Shown: positions 1-11,449, numbered from the stretch's first letter. The stretch: DNA of 64,000 bases from GCA_000165345.1 CM000431.1:128001-192000, one strand, 5' to 3'. A program made the numbers and translations. The notes: generated from the sequence alone by a model not told the origin.

Positions 1-3000
1 CTTTTTGAACAAAGTAAATCCGTTTCTTTTCTTTCTTTTCTGTAATTCTGTATTTGTTTAGATTCTCATTTTCTTTGATTATATCCTTTAGGAAATCATT
101 AATTTTAAGCTTATAATACTCATTATACTTGACAGGATTTGTTTTATTATCATCTTCTTTAAGATCTTTGGAAACTTTATTATAACATAAATAGTTATTC
201 GTCTCAAGATTGAATGGAATTGGTATTTTTGAATTTGGAAGTACTCTACTGGAAAAAAGTCCATCAGTAAAGAATACTTGAAGATCCATAGAAATCTCAT
301 TACTTAGTTCTAAAGGACTTAATATCCTTAAAATCTTCTCAACTCCTAATTGATCTTTTATATTTCTATGTTCAACTTGATAAAACAAGTAAGGACTTTC
401 AAAAAGAAGGCAATTTGAGTTGAATCCATTCTGAAGACTTTTATTTTCATAGTCCATTTTTGTATCTTTAAGATTTCGTATAAATATAGCAAATCTTCCA
501 GTATTGTCCAAATTAATAACCTTTTCAGTTGAAAATAATCTTTCAAAGTTAATTTGATCTTCATTTTTACAATATTCCTTAATTTTGGCTCTTCCTATAT
601 GAATTTGAAAGATCTGAATATTACTTGGTTGGAAACAGTAATTAATTTGATCAAGAACAATTTCGGTACCGTCATTAATAATATTGCATGTAGATCCAGG
701 ATCAATAAAATTATTATTTTTTGAATTTTGAAAGGTATCAAAATTGGGGTACCCTATTAATTGAATATCATAACCAGATTGATTAATAACTAAAATAGGT
801 CTGAATGGTTTAACAGAGCTGGAAAGTAGACATCCTCTAGTATTCCAAGCTCCATAATGTCTCAAGATAGTTCTAATGGTCCAAGGAGAAATGTTGAGAT
901 TTAAGGCAGAAAGAAGATGGAAATTGAGTCTTTTTGTGACCTTGCTTGAGCATGACTTATTTCTTGGAGAAAATCCATCATTTTGTACTAACTTATCTAA
1001 AGCCAGATTAAAATTACATCCTTCAATGATTGGCTCAAAGTATCCATGTCTTGGGTTCATGATCCAAAGTGAGAAATCTCCAGAATTTGTAATGGATATA
1101 GGATGATCAATAAGATAACTTCTAGAGCTAAGAATTAAGTTATTAGATTGTACAAAGATCATGAATAATGGGATTCCTGAGAAATCTTCAATAGAATTTA
1201 AAAGAATCAGCCTTGAATTTTGTATGATTACGTTTATGCTTAACTCTTCTTTAGCTTTTGAACTCCCTATTCCAAGGAATTCCTGGCTACTTGTAAACCT
1301 TTCAGAAATCCCATTAGTAAGAGATCTATATAGATCTGAATTCCTTGAGAGTTGTGATCTTTTTGAGAGAGACTTTTGCATTGACAATAAAACATCATAG
1401 AGGTCTAGAACATGTGGATAGTGTATTTGTAAAGTTATTGGTTGAGAAATTAACTTTAAGCTTCGATTGGTTTTGAGTGCCGCCTCGATCCCTTTTGAGA
1501 TAATATTATGTATGATCTGATGTTCCAAGCCATCCCAAATCACAAAACTTCCGAAATCTGCCATATGATATCCCAATTTTGAGCTGGAAATGGAGATATT
1601 TAGATTGGATTCAAAAAGCTGTTCCAAGTCATTTTCCCCTTGAATTCCATCTTGACTCTTTTCTTTTTTGCTTAAGTAACCCAGATCATAGGTACCTATC
1701 AAGTTTACTTTGGTTCTTAGGCCTGTATTAGATGCTAATATGCAACTGAATTTCTTTAGGCTTAAGTTTACCTCCATCAAATCCACTAAAAATCTGCTGT
1801 TATTTTCATCTTTTCTAGAATTCTCTTGCTCTATTATATCTGAATTAGGGAGACAAAAAGCCCTAGAGTAATCACTGTACCAATCATAAATCCCAAACAA
1901 AGATTGAATATCACAATCCGTATTAATGACTGGAGACTCAATACGAATCCGCCAGCTTGAACAGCTCGTATTTGTCTTTTTATTATCTCGAATATCATCA
2001 GAATCTTCTTTAAAGCTGTAGTATTGAACTTCAATAGGCTGCTCTAGATCCCGCTCCCTCCTCGGATTCTGGTTTTCCTGTAGATTCTGGTCCTCTTCTA
2101 CAATTGGTTTCAAAGCATTAAAGTAGCTTTCCAAATAATTCTCAAAATAAGCCTCCTTTGTGTAAACTGTAAAGTAGTGTTGATCCTCAAAGTTGGTTTT
2201 CTCCAATCTTTTATTTGACTCACTATCTCCTCTTTCCTGTTTGTGATCTTGATCTTGAGTTTGATCTTGAATGCAATATCCGGTACCGAAATTTGAATCA
2301 ACGTCAGAATGGTGAAAAGAATCAGGAATTGAAATTAAGAATGAAGGGTTCTGTTCGTCATTAAAGGTTAAAGAACTGAGAAGAAGGTTGAATGTGAAGC
2401 TTTGGTTTTGAGGAAATTTGCTCATAAACAAGTTAATTCCTTTAATCCTTACAATGGAAACCGTTTGTATAGAACCCTCCTTCGTCTCTTTTCCTTCTAC
2501 TTGAAGGACGTTACCATCAAATCCTATTAATTGTTTATTTTTCCAATCCCAATCTTTAATTAGATTAATTCTAATTAAAGGAAAACTGACAGAAATTGAG
2601 TTACTTGGTTGAATATCTTGATCTTCAAACCTCCCAGTAGGAATAATACTTGAACTTTCTCCTTCCTGTATACTATCTTGGAATCTCAAAGCTGCTCTCC
2701 TCCCAATAAATCTGTGTTGAATTAGCTGGGGAACATATCTTTTTTTTTTGGTACCTATAATAAATTGATCATCTTGAAGTTTCTCCTCCTTTAAGGAGAT
2801 CATAAATTCTGGATCTGAAATAGTTCCAGATGAAAGATTAGTGAGTTGTTTTACGAAAGGATCATAATTCATTAAGTTCCCAGAAAATGCCTTAATTAGT
2901 AGACTTAAAGTCTCAGGGTAAAGATTTAACTCCGCTTCTTTTTGCTTTGATTCGATGAAACAATTCATGTCAAATGAGTTATTCATTCCTTCACTGCATG

Positions 3001-6000
3001 TGTACCTCCTTAAATGAAAATTTAAGTCAGGAATTATCCCAAAAGGAATGGAACTTCTTCCTTCAGTTATCCCATAGTTTTCCTCTTCGAGATACAATCC
3101 CCAAATTTGTCTCATCCTCACATTCATCATCCTGAAGATGTAAAGATAAATCATGGAAGGATCCGATACTTGTCTAATTAAAGACTTGTTATTGAAATTA
3201 AAGAGTTCAATAAACATCTCAACTGAGGAAACTTTGTCAGGATCCGCATCATCAACAGATACTGATGGAATAATAAGCTTACTGTTTCTGAAGTTCATAC
3301 TTCTAAGAGGAACACATACATCTGAACCGCCTTCTATTTCTCCTCCAACTTTTTCCTGAGAAGGAAGAATAAGGGAAGAAGACTTTGATGATTTAACTAC
3401 TTCTGAATCCTTCACATTATCTTCTTCTAAATAATAAACAAAGCTCTGAATATTATCAATCAAGTACGAAAAGTAGTAAATATTGTGTAAAAATGCATCA
3501 AGAAATAAAACTAAAGTAATGTTCTCAGCCTCAACAAGCATCTCTGAACTTGAGATCATCTTTGATAGCCTTCCATGAATTAAATCTTCAATATCTTGAG
3601 CTCTCTGGTGAGAAATCATCTTCACCTCCATTATAGACGATTCCACTGAGCTATCCATCTTAAAGAAACACAAATCTTTCCTACCATTAACCATATTGTA
3701 TGCTTTCATCCTAATTACCCTAACAATAATATCTCTTCTTGTATCGTGATCACAGATTGATACCGTATTTTCAAATACTAACTTGAAAAACTCCGTATCT
3801 CTTTGAAATGCTACCAATTCAAAATTGCAAACATTAGCATCAATTAGGTACCTTGTCCACTTATCTGAAGTCTTTACTCCTATTTCTGAGCCTAGATCTT
3901 GGTCCTTTTTGGACTTAATCTCTTGTTCCGTACTTATATATGGTGAGGTAGTCCTTTTAAACAAACAAAGCAACTCTTGAAGAATTAATGGTCTCAAGTA
4001 AATAATAATAGACCCAATTTCCGTCCTAACCTGTACCTGATTGCTCTGAGAATAACCTGATCTGGATCTATTCAACCATTTAACTTTCTCATCCCTAGCT
4101 TTCTCAAGTGAAAGCTCCTCTTCAATGAAATGATATTGAGATGTTGGGAAACGAACAAAGCTAAAAGTGTTGCTGAGACTAAAGAGAGGAATTCTCTTGA
4201 TTCCTTTACACTCCTGGGATTCATCTTTAGAGTTAAGATAGCCTCCTTCTCTTTCAGCCTCTTTAATTCTCAAAAAATAATCCATGGAAAGCTGAGAAAT
4301 GGAAAAGTTAACCAGTCTATAGTGGTCGTGAATAAAGTTTAGGACTTGAATATCTCGTGTTCCCACATTCATCCAAGAATTATTATCTGATACAAAGTCA
4401 AATTTAAGACTATTTAGCCTTAAAAACCAAAATAACTGAATATTTAATCCAAGCTTAAACATTTTGAATTCCTTTTCTCTCGTCAATTTTCTCCCCAAAT
4501 TGAAATACTCACTTAAACATGAGTCATCCATCCATTGAATCATGTTCAAGTATATACTCTGGTAAACTTGAGGATCAAAATTGGATGTAATTGAGTTAAT
4601 TTGAATGGATGAGTAGATATTCTTAAGTACATCCCCAAGCTGAATCTCACCAATTGAACCTCCTCCAGTAGGTTTTGAATCCAAGCAAACAGAATTTGTT
4701 GATAGTACCAAATTCATGAAGGATCTCTCCTCGAACAAATCCTGGGAAAATGGATCTAGCTGAGTTAGTACGCCAAATAGCTTAATATACTTCATCCATG
4801 TCTCATCCAACATATTATACCTCTTGTATGATAAGAGATTCAACTTGATATCAATATAGTCAATGCTAAATAATCTATAAGAATTAACCATATCTACTCC
4901 TTTTGGAAGCTTTGGTGACCTTTTTTCACTCTTTCCTGACTCTCTCCTGTGAATATTGCTGGTATCTTGAATTCTAGCTCTGATTTTTTGTTCATCTTTC
5001 TCTATCCCAGTTGTTCCAGACTGGAAATCACTATAAATAGATAAATAGATTTCCTCAATCTTGGCATAATAACAGAGACTCTGAATACATTTAAACCAAT
5101 AAGTTGACTTTTCAGAAAGAACATATCTATAATATGGAGATACTTGAATGCCTCCCCCTACTCCTTTATTAATGAATGACTGAAGGTCAAAGCTGTTATT
5201 TTCAAATCTACTTTGGGGGCTTGAAATATCTAAAGAACTCTCCTCAAGTTCATATCCTCTCAAGATCTCTGAATCATTGTTAGATATTGAAATCTTTCCA
5301 AAACTTATTACATTGTAAATCGCACCTTCTAGTCTTGGATCTACCTTATGACAGAAAACCAAGATTGGAGTTTCAATTTGAATATCCACATCCATTAAAC
5401 CTGAATTTTGAAGAAATCCATCTCCTTGACTATTAATATCTCTTTTTTCTGAAATATCAGTTGAACCACTTTCGGTACAGGCCATATGATTATCTATTCT
5501 AGTCTTGGATTTATGTTTAATACCTTCTCCTCTACTTTTTCCAATACTCTTATTATACTTGTTAATTGCATTAACTAAAGCAGAAACAACGTTGGAATAA
5601 AAGATTGCATAGCATTTCTCAACGTTGATCTTAATAGTAGTTTTGCTACTTTCTGGAAATGAAGTTTCTAATCTCTTTGAAATGCTTCGATCCATAGAGA
5701 AATCAGAACTCATACTCAAAGAACTTCTCCTTCTGGAAGACCCTTGTACGTTGCAGATTGAGCTTTTTTTATTCAAGTAGTAGAATGTGAACCACATCTT
5801 TTCATCCTGTACGAGAGATTCATCCTCGTAAATTATTTGAAACCTCTCCTCATCTGGATCTGAGTAATCCAAATTAAACTCTTGTAAAACCGATAATAAA
5901 GAAATTCTTGAATCTGATTGAATGAATTCCAGACCAAAACTTCTCAAACTTCCCATCAAAGCACTTCTTTTGATCATCCTCAATCCTTCCTGTCCATCGA

Positions 6001-8083
6001 TTTTACTTCCTCCTGTCTCTACTGCAAACTCATCTCTAAGCACTACTTCAAGTTTTGTCTCTCTGAGCAAAACTCTGAAAGCCATGAAAGGAGTCTCAGA
6101 GCTAATAGCCCCAAACTGCTTGACAGTTGGAGAGGATTCCATATATAAAGGGTTCTCACTTTGAGATTTATCAAAAGATCCCAAATTCTGCTTAGATTCT
6201 GAAGTATTTTTATCCCCATCCTCCAAAGAATGATCAGAAAGACAGTCGAAAAATTGGAGATCTTCCATAGTCTGTTGAGCAAGAAATGCCTCATCTAACT
6301 CCACAGATCCATTAAAATTTTCATACTCTTCCTGTTTATTCTGCTCATCCTCGCTCTCCTGAGCATCAAAGAAAACATCATCAGCGCTATTCAAAGGAAC
6401 AGAAGAGATCCTATGGAACTTAAAAAGCCATTGAATCCAACTTCCAGACCCTCCTCCAGTAGCTTGAGAATCGCTATGGCTTGTCCTTCTAAAAGAATGA
6501 ATTTCCAACCTCTTTCCAACCCATTGATGTACTAGAGATGTATGCAAGGATACAAATCTAGAGAAAGGAACCCTAAGTATGTAATATTCTGAAAACTGTC
6601 TGGAAAAGTCTAAGAGCAGATCATTAAAGAGCCCACCATCGAAATACGGTCCAATGGAATCAAAAGTCATCTTTTCCTCAAAGTATTTGTGAAATTCCAT
6701 AGTATAATCCCTACAATACATTGATATCTTAGCTTCAGTAAAGTCTTCCTGGAGGCGAATATAAAGTGAAGAGTTATAACTTGACCTGGAAAATCGATGG
6801 GAACCAGAAATTGAAGAAATATCAGCTCTCCTATCCCTTATAATGCATCCTATTGCATATCTCCACCAAAGCTTTGCATTACCAATTACAGGAACATTTG
6901 GTCTATATAAAAACTTCCTCTCCAACATTGTCTTTCCCAATTCAATCTGTTTATTAAATGCCTGAATTTGGTTTAATATTCCTCCACAGTATGTGATTAT
7001 CTGTTCAGAAACTGTTACATAAATCTCTTCCAATACTCCATATATTGTGTATATTGGCATCTTAGATGCGTTAAACAAATCCTTTCTCTGTCTCAAAAGG
7101 AGCTTACAACAGAATGGATGCACAACCTGGTCCAACTCTTTTGGGGTCTCCTTTAAATTAGTTTCTCCATCTGTTGCCTCCCTTGCCGTATAGATTGAAA
7201 GGCCATCCAAATCCAGTATTCTATAAGAAAAGTCACTGGAATCTTTTTTCTGAAAGAATGGCTCAAACAACTTTTCGTCAGAACATTCACTCCTGGAACA
7301 AAATATTTCTTTCACTAACCCCAGATGTTCCTCGTACCCATGAATTTGGTCCGGACCCAATTCACTATTTACCTCCCTTGATGCCGAATTATTACCACTA
7401 ATATTAGTATCTTCATTTATACCAGAACCAACTGGTTTGGGGATAACCAAATCTTGGTCTACTAAAACCTGACTCAAATTTGGGATTGACCTAACTTCAA
7501 GAGAATCCAATACCAACCCACAATTCAACTCTTTGTTGGCTGAATCGCCAAGTTTAATATGAATCCTTCTAAACTTCAATCTTACATCTTGAATTAAAAC
7601 AGAGACTATTCTGCTCAAAAATGGTTTGCTTCCTCCTTTGCTACTGCTTCCCTTGACGCTAAAGTACTCATCCTCTGCCAACTCTGCCATAAAGTGAATA
7701 TTCCAGTGCTCTATTAACCGAAGTCTTTCTGAAATAACCAAACTCTCAATTTTCTCTGAATCAAACTCATTATGATCTATAAAACTTGCGTATAAATTCA
7801 CATCATCTATCTCTACAACTAATGGAGAACTGCTACCAGGTCTTAATATATTACTATAAGGAATCGATATGTTAATTGTCTCTATACAGCCGTACTTGAC
7901 TTTTATTGGAAGCCTTAATTGCTCCAAAAATCCTTCTTTTATCTTCACATTTCTGAGTTGTAGCTTGCCTGAATTTAATCCAAGCTCAAAACTATCCTCT
8001 GACACATTCTCTAAATACTTTCCTATAAATGTAGTAGCCCATTTAGACACAAAGCCTGCTACACGAGACACTGCTCGCCTCAT
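1..8083 (-). CDS. VPS13: VPS13-like bridge-like lipid-transfer protein (chorein-N). The gene is truncated by the window: ATG at 8083, reading down past position 1 with no stop (about 2694 codons in the window).
   Basis: Reverse-strand translation from the ATG at 8083 gives MRRAVSRVAGFVSKWATTFIGKYLENVSEDSFELGLNSGKLQLRNVKIKEGFLEQLRLPIKVKYGCIETINISIPY..PLVVEIDDV, which matches the VPS13 chorein-N pattern. The same frame (top coordinate = 1 mod 3) holds at spot checks near 6298 and 4861. The ORF track reports no minus ORF in that frame (it needs a stop inside the window), and the short minus ORFs it lists are all in the other frame. Confidence 0.7.
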   Translation of the reverse strand, partial: MRRAVSRVAGFVSKWATTFIGKYLENVSEDSFELGLNSGKLQLRNVKIKEGFLEQLRLPIKVKYGCIETINISIPYSNILRPGSSSPLVVEIDDVNLYASFIDHNEFDSEKIESLVISERLRLIEHWNIHFMAELAEDEYFSVKGSSSKGGSKPFLSRIVSVLIQDVRLKFRRIHIKLGDSANKELNCGLVLDSLEVRSIPNLSQVLVDQDLVIPKPVGSGINEDTNISGNNSASREVNSELGPDQIHGYEEHLGLVKEIFCSRSECSDEKLFEPFFQKKDSSDFSYRILDLDGLSIYTAREATDGETNLKETPKELDQVVHPFCCKLLLRQRKDLFNASKMPIYTIYGVLEEIYVTVSEQIITYCGGILNQIQAFNKQIELGKTMLERKFLYRPNVPVIGNAKLWWRYAIGCIIRDRRADISSISGSHRFSRSSYNSSLYIRLQEDFTEAKISMYCRDYTMEFHKYFEEKMTFDSIGPYFDGGLFNDLLLDFSRQFSEYYILRVPFSRFVSLHTSLVHQWVGKRLEIHSFRRTSHSDSQATGGGSGSWIQWLFKFHRISSVPLNSADDVFFDAQESEDEQNKQEEYENFNGSVELDEAFLAQQTMEDLQFFDCLSDHSLEDGDKNTSESKQNLGSFDKSQSENPLYMESSPTVKQFGAISSETPFMAFRVLLRETKLEVVLRDEFAVETGGSKIDGQEGLRMIKRSALMGSLRSFGLEFIQSDSRISLLSVLQEFNLDYSDPDEERFQIIYEDESLVQDEKMWFTFYYLNKKSSICNVQGSSRRRSSLSMSSDFSMDRSISKRLETSFPESSKTTIKINVEKCYAIFYSNVVSALVNAINKYNKSIGKSRGEGIKHKSKTRIDNHMACTESGSTDISEKRDINSQGDGFLQNSGLMDVDIQIETPILVFCHKVDPRLEGAIYNVISFGKISISNNDSEILRGYELEESSLDISSPQSRFENNSFDLQSFINKGVGGGIQVSPYYRYVLSEKSTYWFKCIQSLCYYAKIEEIYLSIYSDFQSGTTGIEKDEQKIRARIQDTSNIHRRESGKSEKRSPKLPKGVDMVNSYRLFSIDYIDIKLNLLSYKRYNMLDETWMKYIKLFGVLTQLDPFSQDLFEERSFMNLVLSTNSVCLDSKPTGGGSIGEIQLGDVLKNIYSSIQINSITSNFDPQVYQSIYLNMIQWMDDSCLSEYFNLGRKLTREKEFKMFKLGLNIQLFWFLRLNSLKFDFVSDNNSWMNVGTRDIQVLNFIHDHYRLVNFSISQLSMDYFLRIKEAEREGGYLNSKDESQECKGIKRIPLFSLSNTFSFVRFPTSQYHFIEEELSLEKARDEKVKWLNRSRSGYSQSNQVQVRTEIGSIIIYLRPLILQELLCLFKRTTSPYISTEQEIKSKKDQDLGSEIGVKTSDKWTRYLIDANVCNFELVAFQRDTEFFKLVFENTVSICDHDTRRDIIVRVIRMKAYNMVNGRKDLCFFKMDSSVESSIMEVKMISHQRAQDIEDLIHGRLSKMISSSEMLVEAENITLVLFLDAFLHNIYYFSYLIDNIQSFVYYLEEDNVKDSEVVKSSKSSSLILPSQEKVGGEIEGGSDVCVPLRSMNFRNSKLIIPSVSVDDADPDKVSSVEMFIELFNFNNKSLIRQVSDPSMIYLYIFRMMNVRMRQIWGLYLEEENYGITEGRSSIPFGIIPDLNFHLRRYTCSEGMNNSFDMNCFIESKQKEAELNLYPETLSLLIKAFSGNLMNYDPFVKQLTNLSSGTISDPEFMISLKEEKLQDDQFIIGTKKKRYVPQLIQHRFIGRRAALRFQDSIQEGESSSIIPTGRFEDQDIQPSNSISVSFPLIRINLIKDWDWKNKQLIGFDGNVLQVEGKETKEGSIQTVSIVRIKGINLFMSKFPQNQSFTFNLLLSSLTFNDEQNPSFLISIPDSFHHSDVDSNFGTGYCIQDQTQDQDHKQERGDSESNKRLEKTNFEDQHYFTVYTKEAYFENYLESYFNALKPIVEEDQNLQENQNPRRERDLEQPIEVQYYSFKEDSDDIRDNKKTNTSCSSWRIRIESPVINTDCDIQSLFGIYDWYSDYSRAFCLPNSDIIEQENSRKDENNSRFLVDLMEVNLSLKKFSCILASNTGLRTKVNLIGTYDLGYLSKKEKSQDGIQGENDLEQLFESNLNISISSSKLGYHMADFGSFVIWDGLEHQIIHNIISKGIEAALKTNRSLKLISQPITLQIHYPHVLDLYDVLLSMQKSLSKRSQLSRNSDLYRSLTNGISERFTSSQEFLGIGSSKAKEELSINVIIQNSRLILLNSIEDFSGIPLFMIFVQSNNLILSSRSYLIDHPISITNSGDFSLWIMNPRHGYFEPIIEGCNFNLALDKLVQNDGFSPRNKSCSSKVTKRLNFHLLSALNLNISPWTIRTILRHYGAWNTRGCLLSSSVKPFRPILVINQSGYDIQLIGYPNFDTFQNSKNNNFIDPGSTCNIINDGTEIVLDQINYCFQPSNIQIFQIHIGRAKIKEYCKNEDQINFERLFSTEKVINLDNTGRFAIFIRNLKDTKMDYENKSLQNGFNSNCLLFESPYLFYQVEHRNIKDQLGVEKILRILSPLELSNEISMDLQVFFTDGLFSSRVLPNSKIPIPFNLETNNYLCYNKVSKDLKEDDNKTNPVKYNEYYKLKINDFLKDIIKENENLNKYRITEKKEKKRIYFVQK

Positions 8084-8877
8084 TCCTCCTTCTTCAAGAC
8101 CACTGGCATTACAAACCTTCTCAACTTGCCTTTTATAGTTCTATTTGTCTCAAAGAAAAATTTAAAGTACTTAATTTTTTCTTTTTAATTAATTTTTCTT
8201 TGTTTTTTTAAAATTCTTTTTCCTATTTGCCCGCCTTTTTCAGACATGCAAAAATATTTTGTTGCATGTGGGGTGATAAATGTTAAAATTACAAAAATGG
8301 TACAGATAGCCAAAATGTTTTGAAGTATTTAGAAGGAAAAATTAGGAGTTTAAATTGTTTCTAGGTTTTTTTCTACGCAACTTATTATAACCCAACCATG
8401 TTCCTATAATTGTTTTATAACTACCTTTTTGACTATTTACTACATTTGTGTCTGAATTAATTATATATATGGTGTATAAAATATAGTATATTTTCTATAG
8501 TACATTATACTCTTTCCATCTTATTCGAGCTTTTTCAGCACAAAAACCCTTTCTTAGCTTTCAAAGTATTTTCATTTCTGGAACTTGACTCTAAAGGAAA
8601 CAAAAAACTGCTGAGAAAATGAGCTAATACATTTTTATTATTAATATTATTACTTTTATTAAAATATGGCTCAATTTAGCTGTGGGTCAAATATTACGTG
8701 TGCATGCAACTTCTCCCCTCATGGAGGTTTTTGTCAATTCATCACAAAGAATTCGAGAAATTACTAGAGCAGGGAAAAAAAAAGTAACTGCTCTTCTTTA
8801 AAATTTATCAAAAACAAGTTTCCATCGTTACTTATCTTTTTTAAACCATCCCCTTTAAGTACCTTAATCTTCTAAAT

Positions 8878-11268
8878 TTATCTGCTTGATTCTGAGTAAA
8901 AAAAATCATGATATTTAGGGCTCTTTAATACTGCTTGTTTCTGAGTTTGAGGCCTCGTATCATATCCTAAGTTAATATTTCTTCCAGAATGAAGTTGAAG
9001 AGTGTTTGCCTGTGACTGAGCTACATAATATGGTATAGTTTTTTCTGCTTCTCCGCCTTCACCTGAGTTCATATACTCAGGAGAGAACGTTGTATCCTCC
9101 ACAGAAACTATACTTTTTTTCTCTGGTGGAGCTATGTTTGAATCATAGCTGATACTTTTTTGGCTCATATGTACAATTTTTGACCCTTTTCTTGCTAGAA
9201 TTGGTTTTATTGAAGCAAGTTGCAAACTATTTAGCTTATTCCTAATTATTTCCTTGTTTGAATTGTCCACATTTTGAGCAGATTCAGTATCATCTGACCT
9301 TCTTCTCAAAAAGAAGACGCAACAAAACATTAATATAAGCAGAATCAATAGAATTCCAATAACTACCCCAATGATTAACTTTTTATTGACTGTTCGTTCT
9401 ATTACATCAAAATGCCCTTCTATTGACTTTTCCATCTTTACCTGCCCTGCTTCATTCAAATAACTCAATTCTTGGGTTTCTTGTGGATCATCGCTTTCAG
9501 AGTTAACATACTCTCCTGCTCCAAATCCCAATAATGAGTTTTCTGCCTCTTTATCAGAATTCATATCTATAATCCCAGAGTCCCTCTTGACTATGTTATT
9601 GCCTGTCAAAGAATTTGAGTTTTTTTTCACATAGGCGCTAGTCCTCACATTCTCTGTCTTTGGAGTATAGAGCGACTTTCCTGTAGTGTAGAATCGTGGC
9701 CTAAGAGTGGTTGTTGTGTTTTTAGTTGCTGTAGTGCTTTTCTTTGTGGTTGTCGTTTCTGTTGTTGTGGTTGTTGTTGTTGTGGTTGTGGTTGTGGTTG
9801 TGGTTGTGGTTGTGGTTGTTCTCGTAGTGGTTGTTGTAGTATTTGTAGTGGTGGAGGTGGAGGTATGTTTAGAACTGTTAGCAGGGTTATTCTTAGTGAA
9901 ATCATTATCAGAGGAAGTTGTGGTATTCGGGAATACTACTCCTTTAGAGGAAATGGTTGAAACATTACTTGAATAAACTTCTTCAACTCCTGAATTTCTC
10001 CCAATTGAAGAATAGTCTGAGAAAATAGGTTTTGTAACAGGAACCAATATATCTTCAATAGAGTCAGAACTCTGCTTGTAGATCATCTCCTCCAGGGTAT
10101 CGTTTCTTTCTTCATTCGCACGCCCGGATTCTGTACTATCAGACTCAAAACTTCCAGATGAGCTTCTATCCAAAGGATGGTATGTTGGTTGAGCGCTTAA
10201 ACCAATGAGCTTCATTTCATCAGACAAAGCTGGAATAGTACCTGGATCCTGATCCCAATAAAATGTTTTCTTCTGCTTATACCTTGGAAGATCCAAATAA
10301 GAATTATGGTAAACTTGGTCCCCTCCTTCGTTAGTTGAATCCTCTTTCCAGTTAAAGTTGATACTAGGAAAGTTTAACGAACTCTGATACGAGCTCCAAG
10401 CTGAGTCCAGGATATTTGAGACATTTTGACAAAGACCAACTGATAAATTATTCTCCCAAGCATCTGTACAGTTCAAATTATTGTAACCTGGAAGATCAAG
10501 CTTTGGCTCTTTACTAATAATTTCATCAGTCTGCTTAATTAGCTCTGAATATTTATTGGGATTCAGCCCACCAGAATCATAAGCTACTGTACCACAAACT
10601 GCACAAGAAAGCTCAGAATCTATAAGCCAACACGGCCTTCTTCCTAACCCTCCAATATCAAAAAAGCCACACTTTTCAAAGGGAAATTTGAATCTTAATA
10701 ACCAGCTTGCATTATAACTTGATGTCCAATTAATTTCAGAATCTCGAACTGATACGGGACTTCCACTATCTATCCAGTACCATCCTGGCGGATACCTGAA
10801 AAATGCATACTTTCTAAGTCCGACAAAACATCCATTTGCAGTCTTATGAATATCCCCTTGTTCCACAAGAGTTCTTCTGATTGCTTCTTCATCTGATAAC
10901 TTATATACTGAAGCCAATGTTACTGGGTACTCATTGGTTTCTTTAGACCCATTTCTTCTTCTTGTCTCTACTTCAGTTCCACCTAAATCATTGCAAGCCT
11001 TAAAACCGTGGGAAAATGTCCTAGGCCGGTCAAAAGTGACCAGCTTGAAACATCTTGTTTTCTCACCATTTGAAATCCATCCTTCCGGACAATTTGCATG
11101 GCCAGTATCTCCTAACTTGCTAACTTCTCTTCCAAAAACCCCAGAAACTACTATTAAACTTAATAATACTAAATTTGCACAATAGTGATTTGCCTATTAA
11201 ATTATATTAGACGCTACCGAGTCAAACATACCTATTAAACAATCCTTTAATTCATTAATCAGCCTCAT
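8878..11268 (-). CDS. C-type lectin domain mucin-like type-I membrane glycoprotein (CpClec-like). Two exons: 11268..11232 and 11168..8878.
   Basis: Track ORF 8878..10917 begins with a TTG translated as M, and the frame stays open upstream to 11168. The upstream part reads ...VLLSLIVVSGVFG|REVSKLGDTGHANCPEGWISNGEKTRCFKLVTFDRPRTFSHGFKACNDLGG...LASVYKLSDEEAIRRTLV...CFVGL...WYWIDSG...CGFFD..., a CTLD signature. It is followed by a poly-Thr mucin stretch, one TM helix (IIGVVIGILLILLILMFCCVFFL) and a cytoplasmic tail with YxxΦ-like motifs. No in-frame ATG lies before the upstream stop. A candidate exon 1 (ATGAGGCTGATTAATGAATTAAAGGATTGTTTAATAG, MRLINELKDCLI) ends at a GTATGT donor. A 63-nt intron ending TTTAG joins it in phase to exon 2 (1+2291 nt = 764 codons), giving signal peptide MRLINELKDCLIVLLSLIVVSGVFG. 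Confidence 0.7.
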
Positions 11269-11406
11269 ATATTACAAAATCCCTCTATATTCATTGGTTT
11301 CTCCTCAAATACTTACTTTAGTGACTTTTCCCCATTATACTCAAATTCTTATATTTGCATTTTGCATGTTCATATTTTTTCATATACCGATAGTTTTATT
11401 CAAAAC

Positions 11407-11418
11407 TTTGGCGCCAAA
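11407..11418. promoter_or_regulatory. Palindromic E2F-like motif TTTGGCGCCAAA in the 181-bp divergent promoter between the CpClec-like and Cet1-like genes.
   Basis: Exact TTTGGCGCCAAA. The same TGGCGCC core recurs in most intergenic promoters of the window. Confidence 0.55.
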
Positions 11419-11449
11419 ACTTTGGTTATTACTTTAATATTATTATAAG

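Noticed and set aside
88-6294. Minus-strand track ORFs 88..300, 358..564, 1834..2034, 2110..2301 and 6043..6294, and the plus-strand ORFs at 876..1400, 3153..3359, 4130..4342, 5918..6164, 7174..7401 and 7869..8138
   Set aside because: All lie in frames other than the continuous VPS13-like frame (top coordinate = 1 mod 3), or on the opposite strand. They are low-complexity and AT-codon-biased, and are chance ORFs inside the large gene.
9645-9976. ORFs 9645..9905(-) and 9707..9976(+) with poly-Q/poly-P and poly-V translations
   Set aside because: These are alternate-frame and antisense readings of the (ACN)n Thr-coding microsatellite (ggttgtggttgt...) inside the mucin domain of the CTLD gene. 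The poly-Thr frame is the real one.
10934-11185. ORF 10934..11185(+), 83 aa
   Set aside because: It is antisense to the C-type lectin domain exon, whose sense frame carries a clear CTLD signature.
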